Shown: positions 29,401-37,337 of the stretch, in pieces
Position numbering within the stretch: the stretch's first letter is position 1
Layout of the letters: each line of letters begins with the position of its first letter
NCBI GenBank assembly: GCA_029861865.1
Contig: JAOTYL010000011.1
Coordinates: forward strand, 84,517 to 148,516
Length of the DNA stretch: 64,000 nucleotides
Source of the DNA: Myxococcales bacterium
GTDB taxonomy: Bacteria > Myxococcota_A > Polyangia > Polyangiales > Houyiibacteriaceae
Direction: 5' to 3'
Position numbers and translations under genes: made by a program
The notes under the pieces: generated by a model
Told to the model about the DNA's origin: nothing
Seen by the model: only the letters and a program-made list of their open reading frames with translations
The model's database searches: none

Positions 29401-30042
29401 GACTTCATCCATGCGCTTGAAGTTCGGATGGTCGCGAACGAGAGTCGCATAGGTCCGAATGCTGTCGTTGCGGGTCGCATCGAGGGCCGCCGTGGCCTTC
29501 TTTTGACCCTCCCGCGCCTCTTTGCAGCGGGCCTTGTCCTTGTCGCGGGTGCAGGCCTCATAGATCGGGTCGTCGAAGGATCGCACTTTCGCCGTTTGAG
29601 CGATTTGCATCTCGAACTGCGTCTCGGCGAGTCGAAGCAATACCTGAGGCCGCCGCGGATCGTCATCGGAGCTGTTCTTCACGAGGCGCTCGAGGATTTG
29701 GACCTCGCGCTTGAGCAATGCCTCGGTGCGGGCGCGGGTCTGTTCGCGCCCGAGCCGGGTGCTCATGTCGATTTGAAGCGACGGACCCGTAGGCCCTTGC
29801 TTCTTGGTCTGCTTGCGCTCGGCCTCGTGGAACCGAGAGACCGGAACGTTCCCGCCCTCCTTCGCACTCCCTTTCTTGGCACCGGCAGGACAGGCAGCGA
29901 TCGCCTGCGCGGTGGTCTCAGGAATGCAAACAGGCTCGAGGCTCACTGGCGCTTGCTCTGCCGCGGCCTCGCCCCCCATCACGACGACGAGGATTCCGAA
30001 GAGGAAGCTCGTCACGTATTTTGATTTGTTCAACGCGTACAT
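26425..30042 (-). CDS. Large TPR protein with N-terminal signal anchor (1205 aa), GltD/AgmU- or NfsD-like
   Basis: N-terminal hydrophobic helix TSFLFGILVVVMGG, then TPR-like helical repeats throughout. Its size class and its position directly upstream of the TPR lipoprotein and FHA-TonB genes match the gltD-E-F-G order. Confidence 0.65.
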   Translation of the reverse strand: MYALNKSKYVTSFLFGILVVVMGGEAAAEQAPVSLEPVCIPETTAQAIAACPAGAKKGSAKEGGNVPVSRFHEAERKQTKKQGPTGPSLQIDMSTRLGREQTRARTEALLKREVQILERLVKNSSDDDPRRPQVLLRLAETQFEMQIAQTAKVRSFDDPIYEACTRDKDKARCKEAREGQKKATAALDATRNDSIRTYATLVRDHPNFKRMDEVLFSLAFALQEQDQFDKARAVYRRLIKDYPKSRFVPNAYLSFAEYYFNDSDMEAAAKFYRKVLEFPPKNNSVYGYALYKVAWVEYNRERYRQSLQGFVDILEFARKNKYANDAKNLARQARKELVLPYSHYGSPGKALDFFRRYAKNDAEAHEMLENLAELYFDTGQWPQAITVYHKLMADAPRSNSLCDWQTKVTNAVISSRSNQEQVIELKRLVDIYRTFKESNKPTAKVEECKVETATTILWLATSWHREAVGTDSAPGTKSKKTMSQASVLYRTLLKEFPDMEQMEFKNIDRRDWPTEYKISYFYAELLWKMEEWGQCGPAFDSVVELNPQGEFTSDAAYAAVLCYNNLYQQQYVPRETKTKFVSKRDQKAMKNATPAEADKLKKKKFTPLQKGMLEAFNRYVCYVDKAEDLATIKYRRARIYYEANRFEEAAVLFRDIAFNHKDSELSEYAANLYLDCLNILGTQLAEPRVACVQELGASIDPMSASFCGTEQLAEEHPDLCGTLSTLQCQVRRKEAETYEKTQQFKKAAATYVRIFRRHQECGEMDEVLYNAAINFEAAHLLGRAIQVRTVMIERFPESALSKKAIYLIGQNFQALAYYEQAAKYYEQFARKFPGEDGKKCDADDKKAGICPNAIEGLEQATFFRIGLGDDQAAMEDSDLFARNYRRKLPRQTSQVMFSIGSIYERQNRHSQVISHYQDYLKKYGRVGMPHQIIEANTAIGRAYWQLNRKNEAKKYFSTAVKGWTSGAPKKIRALKDTSKESKVAFMREALDSAAESQFYLSEYKFAEFEKIAFPKYTGGKSAAKVKKWSETEFKRWMTKKLGVLRSAEADYAKVAKMTVTLDGAKMQSAPWQIAAASRTGEMYRSFVDQFRDAPIPREIEKDPGLFDIYVGALDDASEPLQRQAIDKFEFCLKTATQVRWFNKWSRSCEHELNALNPKQYPVAAELRGEPNYVKHTVGEPGAVDLGAIKDTSLTSKDAVAERGKP

Positions 30043-31658
30043 AGGTTAGTCACCTGTTGTCGATAGAATCCCAACTCGTCTCGCCAGTACTCCCCATTGA
30101 ACGGCCATAGTTGGTGTTCTTCGTCCACCTCGACGTCGCCGCCCCTCGATTGCTTGGCCAACGCCATCTGCTGTTGAAGCTCCTGATCGATCTGTCCCCG
30201 CCGGAACGTCGCGATCTCGAGCTCGACCGTGTCGACCTGGTTGCTCAGGTCGCGAAGCTCGCGTATCAGTCGGTTGTAGCGCCCACGCGCGAGGTCGCCC
30301 GCCTGATCGACCGCGAAGGCCTTTGCGAGAGAGATGTCTTCGAGGATCTTCTCGCCAACCGGTGAGCCCTGGAACTCCCCGCTCGACTTGTTCAGACGCT
30401 CTTCTTCCTTGTCGAGAATCGAAACGTACTCGAGATGCTGAAGCACGGTGCGGTCGCTCAGAGCGGTGGCCACGATGGGGCGCACACGCTGCGACAGGTC
30501 AGCCTCGCCAACTCGAACCGCCTTTAAGAACTCGAAGAAGTCCGCGTTGTCCTGATGCTTCGCAAGCACCGCGTCGAGCTCGTTTTTGACCGGATCATAT
30601 CGGTCGTGAAACTTGGCTACCGTCGCATCGGCATTGTCGACCTGGCAGTTCACGAAGAACGTAACGGCCTTGAGCACGAGCGCTTCAGGATAGAACGAGT
30701 CCTCGAAATACGGCGAGAACAGGGTGTGAACGTTGCCCAGCGAGCGGGCGTATTCGTCGGCCAGGAAGAACGCCCATGACGATTCGAAGAGCGCGTCGAG
30801 CCAGTACTCGCTTGATTGCGAGACCTTGCTCCAGGACTCGACGGACTGACCAAGCAGCGTTCCATCGATCTTCGTCCCTTGGTTAGCCGCCGTGTAGTAG
30901 ACGCGAGCAAGCGAAATCCAGGCGAGGTTGGTCATCCGGGCTTCGTCGACGCCTTTGGCATCGCCACTGTCGACGACGTCGAGAATGGCACGAAACGAAG
31001 CGATGGCGGGCCGCGCCTGACGCATCCGAATGAACGCAATCCCCTCGAAGAACTTCGCATACGTGTATTGCTTGGAGCCGGGGTCGACTTCCTGAAAGAG
31101 GTCGATGGCCTGACGGAAGTCCGCCTGGGCGTAGAGATGACGCCCCATCAAGTAGAGGAGCTGGTTGTGGAGAGCTGAGTCTTTCTCTTTGAACTCTCCG
31201 AGTGCGCCGATCCCGTACCGGCCGACGATGCCGATGATGCCCGACGACTCTGGAAGCTTCGAAGCGAGCTTGCCGAGCCACTCGAGAGTATCGCCGAAAA
31301 ACAAATGACCGGGGCCCTGCTCGCTGACCTCGTCGAAAACGCTAAGCGCGGACTGGTAATAGCCCGCCGCGTAAAGCGACTGCCCCAACATGAACTGCGC
31401 CTTCTGTCGATTGCCTCGTCCGTCCTTCGACTTCCCCGCAGCGACGCGCTGGAAACCCATCGCCGCCTCTTCGTAGTCCTTGGACTCGAACGCGCTCAAC
31501 GCCGCAGCTAGCCTCTTCGATGGTTTGCCGAGCTTTGCCGGTGCACCGCTCTGCCCCGTCTCTTCGAGACCGAAGCTCATGTCCTGCGCGCCGGCGGGCG
31601 TGCCAACCCACGAGCCGACAACCAACACAGGCACCGCCCACAAATGGATCCACTTCAT
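30030..31658 (-). CDS. Periplasmic TPR-like protein, candidate GltC/NfsC-like
   Basis: I prefer the ATG at 31658 (MKWIHLWAVPVLVVGSWVGTPAGAQD signal peptide), preceded by AAGGAG with a 6-nt spacer. The body is helical-repeat-like. Its 3' end overlaps the next gene's start by 13 nt. Confidence 0.45.
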   Translation of the reverse strand: MKWIHLWAVPVLVVGSWVGTPAGAQDMSFGLEETGQSGAPAKLGKPSKRLAAALSAFESKDYEEAAMGFQRVAAGKSKDGRGNRQKAQFMLGQSLYAAGYYQSALSVFDEVSEQGPGHLFFGDTLEWLGKLASKLPESSGIIGIVGRYGIGALGEFKEKDSALHNQLLYLMGRHLYAQADFRQAIDLFQEVDPGSKQYTYAKFFEGIAFIRMRQARPAIASFRAILDVVDSGDAKGVDEARMTNLAWISLARVYYTAANQGTKIDGTLLGQSVESWSKVSQSSEYWLDALFESSWAFFLADEYARSLGNVHTLFSPYFEDSFYPEALVLKAVTFFVNCQVDNADATVAKFHDRYDPVKNELDAVLAKHQDNADFFEFLKAVRVGEADLSQRVRPIVATALSDRTVLQHLEYVSILDKEEERLNKSSGEFQGSPVGEKILEDISLAKAFAVDQAGDLARGRYNRLIRELRDLSNQVDTVELEIATFRRGQIDQELQQQMALAKQSRGGDVEVDEEHQLWPFNGEYWRDELGFYRQQVTNLCTR

Positions 31659-31977
31659 AAAGTGCTCCTTGGTGTGGAAGCTTGGTTTTCCAAGTTTCCC
31701 CTTGACCCCCAAAATTCGAACGAAACCAACCCCTTGTGTCTCGCCCGGGTACCATCATAGAAACCAGCCGAAGGGGTCGTCAAGGTATAGCGCCATTGAG
31801 CTTTTGATGGGCTGACTGCAATTGGCACTGGAATCTTCCTCGCAGACCTGACAAATTTGGTAAGAGGCGTCGGTTTCGCCGGCATCTCCCTTTTCTGACC
31901 CCCGACGGCGGGGGAAGTTTGGGTGCGATCTCTTATTGCCGTTATGATGAGGGTGACCGGGGGCTTGTTGAGGGGGC

Positions 31978-32412
31978 GTGATGAGCAGAAAATGGCTTGA
32001 ATTACTGGGGTTTGCCGCGATCGCTGCGCTTTTTTTCGTCGCGGGGTGCGCGGAGAGCGCCGTGGGCGATCCGTGTGTTCCAGAGAAGGTGTACGAAGGT
32101 GGGTTCCTCGCCTCCGAAACGTATCTGGAGCTCAGCTCGGTTCAGTGCGCAACTAGGGTCTGTCTCGTCCGAGAACTGGAAGGTGACCCAAATCAGATCT
32201 GCACCGGTGTCGACGACAGCGACGAATGCGTCACCGAAAACGACATCGAACGAAGCGTCTACTGCTCGTGCCGGTGCGACGCGCCCGAAGGTAGTAGCCT
32301 CCCGACCTGCGGATGCCCCGGCGGCTTCATCTGCGAACCGATCTTGGAAACGGGGGGCGACGGCCTCCGCGGAAGCTACTGCGTCCGCGACCCGACCCTC
32401 GAAGTCCAGTAG
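31978..32412 (+). CDS. Small Cys-rich lipoprotein
   Basis: Lipobox FFVAGC. The mature part of about 120 aa has 11 further Cys residues (…CVPEKV…CATRVC…CTGVDDSDEC…CSCRCD…CGCPGGFIC…YC). Confidence 0.65.
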   Translation: MMSRKWLELLGFAAIAALFFVAGCAESAVGDPCVPEKVYEGGFLASETYLELSSVQCATRVCLVRELEGDPNQICTGVDDSDECVTENDIERSVYCSCRCDAPEGSSLPTCGCPGGFICEPILETGGDGLRGSYCVRDPTLEVQ

Positions 32413-32416
32413 AAGC

Positions 32417-32779
32417 GATCTCGCCCGGCGCGGCGAGGACCTCGTCGCGTCGTTATTGACCGAGCGCGGCTTCACCATCATCGGGCGCAATGTGCGCATC
32501 GGTCGATTGGAGCTCGACGTGATCGCGCGACATGGATCCTTGGTCGTCGTGTGCGAAGTGCGCTCTCGACGAAGCGCACGCCCCGTCTTTCCCGCCGAGA
32601 CGATCCGCGGCGAAAAGCTCAACCGGGTACGGCGCGCCACCGCGTTGTGGCTAAGGCAGGAGAAGCTCGGACGAGTGCAGGCGAGGATCGACGCCGCAGC
32701 AGTCGTGTTCGACGGCCGAGCGGGGGAGCCATGCATCGAGTACTACGAAAACGTCTCGTTCCCGTATCGGTCGGTCTGA
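32417..32779 (+). CDS. YraN-family (UPF0102) endonuclease-like protein; start codon unresolved
   Basis: The C-terminal 120 aa of track ORF 31997..32779 read SDLARRGEDLVASLLTERGFTIIGRNVRIGRLELDVIARHGSLVVVCEVRSRRS...AAAVVF..., the YraN pattern. There is no ATG/GTG/TTG in frame between GTG 32207 and TTG 32456. The coordinates given are the extent supported by the domain. Confidence 0.6.
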   Translation, partial: DLARRGEDLVASLLTERGFTIIGRNVRIGRLELDVIARHGSLVVVCEVRSRRSARPVFPAETIRGEKLNRVRRATALWLRQEKLGRVQARIDAAAVVFDGRAGEPCIEYYENVSFPYRSV

Positions 32780-32828
32780 CAGTGCCAGTGTCAGGGCCAG
32801 TGTCAGGGCCCAGCGTCAGCGGCAGTGT
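32780..32828 (+). repeat. (CAGNGY)n hexamer tandem repeat, 8 units with a 1-nt phase slip
   Basis: cagtgc cagtgt cagggc cagtgt cagggc c cagcgt cagcgg cagtgt. It starts on the nucleotide after the yraN-like stop and clips the last codons of the convergent SRPBCC gene. Confidence 0.9.
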
Positions 32829-33369
32829 CTGCTGCGGCGTCATCGCTGGTACCCTCCACGACCTTCTTCAGTCTCCTTAGCCCGTCCTCGTAGTCGGGGC
32901 CGACCCAGCCATCCATCATTTTTGCGAAGTAGCCGCCGACGGGGCCTGATGCCGTGCCGCTCAGGCCCCAGGTTACCTGCGTGCTCTCTCCGCTTGGCTC
33001 GAAGGTCCACTCTGCCCTGGGTTGGCCCATGTCGCCGAAATCGAGATGTGTTTCGATTCGCTTGGGTCGTTCGCTGAAGGTGATCGTTTGACTACCATTG
33101 CCGGAGTCTTCGCTCGTCCAAGTGACCTTCGCACCGACCCCAGCCTCGGGGCCGCTGTAGCTGTTTTCGATGCTGGGGTCCTTGGCCACCCAGGGAGACC
33201 ATGCGTTCCAATTTTTGAGCGTGTTCACCTGATCGAAAACCACTTCCGGGGCGGCTTCGATTTCGATCGATCGCTCGACGCGGTATTCGTTCGGAAGGAA
33301 TAGACCGACTCCGAGAACGATGAGAACGGCCGCGACCAGCAAACCTATGACGACCTTCAATGCACGCAT
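32803..33369 (-). CDS. SRPBCC (START/polyketide-cyclase-like) family protein with N-terminal TM anchor
   Basis: MRALKVVIGLLVAAVLIVLGVGLF, then ...YRVERSIEIEAAPEVVFDQVNTLKNWNAWSPW...TWTSEDSGNGSQTI... I prefer the ATG at 33369 over the track start at 33417. Confidence 0.6.
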   Translation of the reverse strand: MRALKVVIGLLVAAVLIVLGVGLFLPNEYRVERSIEIEAAPEVVFDQVNTLKNWNAWSPWVAKDPSIENSYSGPEAGVGAKVTWTSEDSGNGSQTITFSERPKRIETHLDFGDMGQPRAEWTFEPSGESTQVTWGLSGTASGPVGGYFAKMMDGWVGPDYEDGLRRLKKVVEGTSDDAAADTAADAGP

Positions 33370-33441
33370 GGTGAAAACCTCGACTGCGGAGATACCGCGG
33401 TCAGACCGAATCATCAATAGCGCTATCAGATCCGTCGGGCC

Positions 33442-34029
33442 CTAGTCGACCGTATCGCGGATCCGCTCCAAGAGGGCGCGAAGCTCGGTGATGTAGTCCG
33501 ACTGCACCCCCGCTGCTTCCATCTTCGCGAGCGTATCCTCGAGGCGCGCGATCTCCTCGGAGCGCTGATCTCGCAAGGACTCCACCATGTCTGCAAAAGA
33601 TCGATACAGGTCCTGAAGCTCGTCCCCCTTGCGAATGCCCGTCGTGACCCTGAGCTTCCCTTCGCCGATCCCCTCGAAGAGACGGCGCATCCGATATGCC
33701 GGACCGACGACGCGATGCGTCACCAGAATTCCGGTGAGCGCGAGGGCTAGCGTGAGGAGAAGGACGCCGGTGATGATGGCGTTTCGGATCTTGCGATCCT
33801 CTTGCTGTGCGAAGCGCTCCAAATCGGCCGCGGTCTCGTCGTCCAGATCGGGTTGAGCCGCGATGTGCGCTGTCAACGCTTCGGTCTGCCCCCTCGAAAA
33901 CTGGTAGGCAACGTAGCCCAGGCCGCTTGCGACCGACACCGTCACGAGCACGACCATGCTCGTATACTTGAGCTGGAAACGCCGATCGAGCAGGTAGTTC
34001 CTCAGTTTTCTTTGTCTCTTACTGCTCAT
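33442..34029 (-). CDS. Two-TM protein with HAMP-like linker and coiled-coil tail, no output domain
   Basis: TM1 is MVVLVTVSVASGLGYVAY and TM2 is ITGVLLLTLALALTGILV. Next comes THRVVGPAYRMRRLFEGIGEGKL...GDELQDLYRSFADMVESLR, which is HAMP-like. Confidence 0.5.
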   Translation of the reverse strand: MSSKRQRKLRNYLLDRRFQLKYTSMVVLVTVSVASGLGYVAYQFSRGQTEALTAHIAAQPDLDDETAADLERFAQQEDRKIRNAIITGVLLLTLALALTGILVTHRVVGPAYRMRRLFEGIGEGKLRVTTGIRKGDELQDLYRSFADMVESLRDQRSEEIARLEDTLAKMEAAGVQSDYITELRALLERIRDTVD

Positions 34030-34067
34030 CGCGTTTCTCTCTTCCTACGCTCATCCGTCTTCGCCGG

Positions 34068-34877
34068 TCAAAGGCTTCCTTTCGCATCGGCTGCCGCCAA
34101 CGCCTGTGGGAGCCGGCGAAGTGCGCCGACGAACGCCCCGTGGATGGCCTGTTCTGCTGTCTGCGCGGTGTACCGCCCCGAAGCGGTCGCGGCTCCGCGA
34201 AGCATCGCCCGCATGTCACGACCCGGATAAGTCAGCATGATGATCGACACCTCCGCCCTGACCCCATTCCGTTGAGGCTTGAGGGTGACGATCGAGCTTT
34301 CGAGGTAATAGCCGTGAAGCCGCCGCCGCGTGATCTCACGCTTGGCGTCAGCTGGGCTCAGATCGTCTGGGGCGAGCTCGACCCCAGCGAGCTCGATGAG
34401 CTTGTCGGACAAGAAGATCCGTGCGTCGAAAAGCATCTGGCGGGAAACGCGCTCGGCTCTGGCGCCTGGCATCCCCACGGCGACCAAATGCCTCGGCTGG
34501 CCGGGACCGCGCCGTCGCTCTCCGATCGCTTCGAGCTCAGCGACCGCCTCGGCGGCAGCCCGCCTAACCGACTTGTTACGATCTCGTGTCGCCTGTCTGA
34601 CGGTCGGCAACGCCTCTTTTGCACCTAGTCGGCGTAACGACGAGATCGCCGAGACCCGCACCGCGGGGTGTCTGTCGCGCGCGGCGCGCTCGAGCGCGCC
34701 AACCGACTTGGGGCTCGGCTCCAGCTGACCGAGTGACAACGCGGCTTGGGCACGAACTCGGAAGGCGTCGGAGTTGCGCAAGAGGCGGATGAGGTAGTCC
34801 GGTCGCCCGTCGGCGTGAACCGAGGTGGCGAGCAGCAAGGCGATCACGACCAGTGGTCGCCAACAACGCCATCGCAC
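34068..34877 (-). CDS. Exported HEAT-repeat protein
   Basis: Signal-like WRPLVVIALLLATSVHA. HEAT/PBS-type repeats are present (RVRAQAALSLGQL..., DRHPAVRVSAISSLRRLG..., DRNKSVRRAAAEAV). The start is GTG 34877 or TTG 34892. The track ORF start at 35015 would overlap the ftsY upstream region. Confidence 0.55.
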   Translation of the reverse strand: MRWRCWRPLVVIALLLATSVHADGRPDYLIRLLRNSDAFRVRAQAALSLGQLEPSPKSVGALERAARDRHPAVRVSAISSLRRLGAKEALPTVRQATRDRNKSVRRAAAEAVAELEAIGERRRGPGQPRHLVAVGMPGARAERVSRQMLFDARIFLSDKLIELAGVELAPDDLSPADAKREITRRRLHGYYLESSIVTLKPQRNGVRAEVSIIMLTYPGRDMRAMLRGAATASGRYTAQTAEQAIHGAFVGALRRLPQALAAADAKGSL

Positions 34878-35041
34878 AATGTGCCGCGTCAATAGTCCCC
34901 GCCCTTCCCCAACGTTTCCAGTATCACAGCCTGCTCGGCCCTGGGGCAACCGATTCGACAGGGTCAGTCGCGTTGACGGCGGAGGCCTGGCATCTTTATA
35001 TTGCGGCGGTCCCAACGACCATCGGGGGCAACAGGGGTCGA

Positions 35042-36253
35042 ATGGAGTCTATAGACAGCGTAGTCATCATCATCGCGGCACTCGCCGCGCTCATCGCCGC
35101 GGGGATCGGCATCGGCCTTTGGCGCGGACGCAAGCGGCCCGTGTTACCGCCCGCGCCGCCATCGGAGAGCGCCGTCGGCGACACGGACCTTGCGCCGAGC
35201 GGCCAAACCAAGGAGTCCACCCTACCCTTTGAGCTCGAAGACCTGCTCACCCGGCCGCCAGGTGCACCCGAACGGGGGGTTGCCCCACCGCCGGCTCCCC
35301 CGGCTGATCTCGGGGCGTTTCGAACCGGGTTGAAGTCGACGCGGGGGAATCTGATCTCACGACTGGCTGGGGTTTTGCGAAAGGATCGCGAGCTCGACAC
35401 ATCGATCCTCGACGAGGTCGAGGAAGTGCTGATCACGGCAGACGTCGGCGTGCACACCAGCCGCCGAGTGCTCGAAGGGCTGCGCGCGCAGATGAACGGC
35501 GGCCAACTCGCATCCGCGGACGAGGCTTGGGCCGCGATCCGAGGGGAAGCCAAGGATATTCTCGCGTCAAGTGGTCGTGGCCTGGCACTTGACTCGAAGC
35601 CGACGGTCATCTTGGTCGTGGGTGTCAATGGTGTAGGAAAGACCACGACGATCGGTAAGCTGGCAAGCCGCCTCGAGCGCAAGAACAAGAGCGTCTTGCT
35701 GGCGGCTGGCGACACTTTTCGCGCCGCGGCCGTCACACAACTCGAAGTATGGGGTCGTCGTGTGGGTTGCGAGGTCGTGAAAGGGAAGGACCGGGCCGAT
35801 CCTGGCTCGGTGATCTTCGATGCGATCCGAAAAGCCCAGGACGGCGGCATGGACGTGGTGATCGCCGACACCGCGGGTAGATTGCACACGAAGGTGCCTC
35901 TCATGGATGAGCTCAAGAAGCTCGGCCGGACCGTAGAAAAGGCGCTCGGCCGCCCAGCTGACCACGTTCTGCTCGTGCTGGACGCCACCACAGGCCAGAA
36001 CGCCATCCAACAAGCCCAACTATTCAAAGATGCGCTTCCTTTGAGCGGCATCGTCCTGACCAAGCTCGACGGCACCGCCAAGGGGGGCGTGATCCTCGGG
36101 ATCGTCGATGAGCATCAGGTCCCGATCGAGTTCGTAGGCGTCGGAGAGCGGGTCGAAGATCTGAAGCCATTCGACGCGGACGCCTTTGTTCAGGCGCTAT
36201 TCGAGTCGCCAGAGGCTTTGGAGCCCGCCGAAGAGGCGCAAAACACCGGCTAA
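35042..36253 (+). CDS. ftsY: Signal recognition particle receptor FtsY
   Basis: The ATG at 35042 gives an N-terminal membrane helix (VVIIIAALAALIAAGIGIGLW). NG domain motifs present: GVNGVGKTTTIGKLA, DTAGRLH, TKLDGTAKGG. Confidence 0.95.
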   Translation: MESIDSVVIIIAALAALIAAGIGIGLWRGRKRPVLPPAPPSESAVGDTDLAPSGQTKESTLPFELEDLLTRPPGAPERGVAPPPAPPADLGAFRTGLKSTRGNLISRLAGVLRKDRELDTSILDEVEEVLITADVGVHTSRRVLEGLRAQMNGGQLASADEAWAAIRGEAKDILASSGRGLALDSKPTVILVVGVNGVGKTTTIGKLASRLERKNKSVLLAAGDTFRAAAVTQLEVWGRRVGCEVVKGKDRADPGSVIFDAIRKAQDGGMDVVIADTAGRLHTKVPLMDELKKLGRTVEKALGRPADHVLLVLDATTGQNAIQQAQLFKDALPLSGIVLTKLDGTAKGGVILGIVDEHQVPIEFVGVGERVEDLKPFDADAFVQALFESPEALEPAEEAQNTG

Positions 36254-36422
36254 CCATCCGGGACGATGTCGATATCGGTCGAAAATCGCTACCGGATTTG
36301 GTAGTGCGATATTCGCCATGGTATAGTCTTGTCGTCCGAACGGAAACGGACACTTGTCATGTGATTTCAGCGAGTTGTCACCGGTGGGGGACCGGGCGCT
36401 CCAGGGGGAAGGCCGGCGGCCA

Positions 36423-37337
36423 ATGCGAGAATTTGGGGGGATCACGCTTCTGTTGGCAGCGCTTTGCCTAGCGCTGCCCGCATCGGTGGGAGCCCAAATG
36501 GAGTTCTCCCTCGACGAAGTCGAGGATGAGGAACCAAACCGGGCAGCGCGGGACAAAGCCGGCAAGGACGCCAAGGAAGAAGGCGACCTTATCGAGCAGC
36601 TGGCTGCCGAAAAGGAAGTCGAAGGCCCAGAAGAGCCGGGGCTCGCGCGCGAGGAGACCGTCGAAGAGATCTATGCCGTACAGCAGATCTACGCACTTCG
36701 CCTGAAGCGCTTCGAGCTCGCGCCATCCGCCGCGTTCACGGTCAACGACAAGTACTTGAGGCACCCGGGGCTCGGCGTGTCCGCAAACTACTGGTTCACC
36801 AACGTGCTGGCGATCGGGGTCAACTTCATTTGGTACGACTGGGGGAACCCACTCGAGCGCGGCACCACACTGGTCGAACAGATTCAGCGCTCGTTCCGAT
36901 TGGGCGTGCCGATCAACGAGTGGCAGTTCGGGCTGTGGGCCAACTTCACCTACGTGCCCTTCTACGGGAAGTTCTCGATGTTCAGGAAGTTCCTATTCCA
37001 GTGGGACTCCTATTTGATCGGCGGCGTGGGTTTCATGCGCACCAAGCCGATTCCGGTGTTCGACCCGGAGCTTCGCGAATTCAACTGGGACATGCGAGTG
37101 TCGTTCAACGTCGGCATTGGGCTTCGGATCTTCTTGACGCGCTACTTGACCTTCTTCACCGAGTTCCGCGACTACATGTTTCTCGAGCAATTCGAGAACG
37201 TGAGTGTCGACCCGGCGAATCGTGACGATCCTTCGACTTGGCTCGCAGACAGCTCGACCTTCTTCAACAACTTGACGGTGCAGTTCGGCTTCACCCTCTT
37301 CCTACCGATTAAGTTCGAGTACCGGTTACCGAAATGA
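36423..37337 (+). CDS. Outer-membrane beta-barrel protein, first of a tandem pair (GltA/NfsA-like candidate)
   Basis: Signal peptide MREFGGITLLLAALCLALPASVGAQ and an acidic linker. The rest alternates amphipathic strands and ends in an aromatic-rich C-terminus (FGFTLFLPIKFEYRLPK). ATGA overlap with the next gene. Confidence 0.6.
   Translation: MREFGGITLLLAALCLALPASVGAQMEFSLDEVEDEEPNRAARDKAGKDAKEEGDLIEQLAAEKEVEGPEEPGLAREETVEEIYAVQQIYALRLKRFELAPSAAFTVNDKYLRHPGLGVSANYWFTNVLAIGVNFIWYDWGNPLERGTTLVEQIQRSFRLGVPINEWQFGLWANFTYVPFYGKFSMFRKFLFQWDSYLIGGVGFMRTKPIPVFDPELREFNWDMRVSFNVGIGLRIFLTRYLTFFTEFRDYMFLEQFENVSVDPANRDDPSTWLADSSTFFNNLTVQFGFTLFLPIKFEYRLPK

Noticed and set aside
31823-31839. Sigma-54-like TGGCAC element in the divergent region upstream of the Cys-rich lipoprotein.
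   Set aside because: The -12 element is missing. The position 10 nt downstream of GG reads CT rather than GC (TGGCACTGGAATCTTCC), so this is only a half-site match.
34996-36081. 361-aa minus-strand ORF opposite ftsY. Similar shadow ORFs lie opposite uvrA (42515..43657), the SBP (60483..61580), the desaturases (5772..6575) and the TPP enzyme (50236..51147).
   Set aside because: Each is antisense or out of frame relative to a gene with unambiguous catalytic motifs. Their translations are Arg/Ser/Pro/Ala-rich low-complexity sequence.
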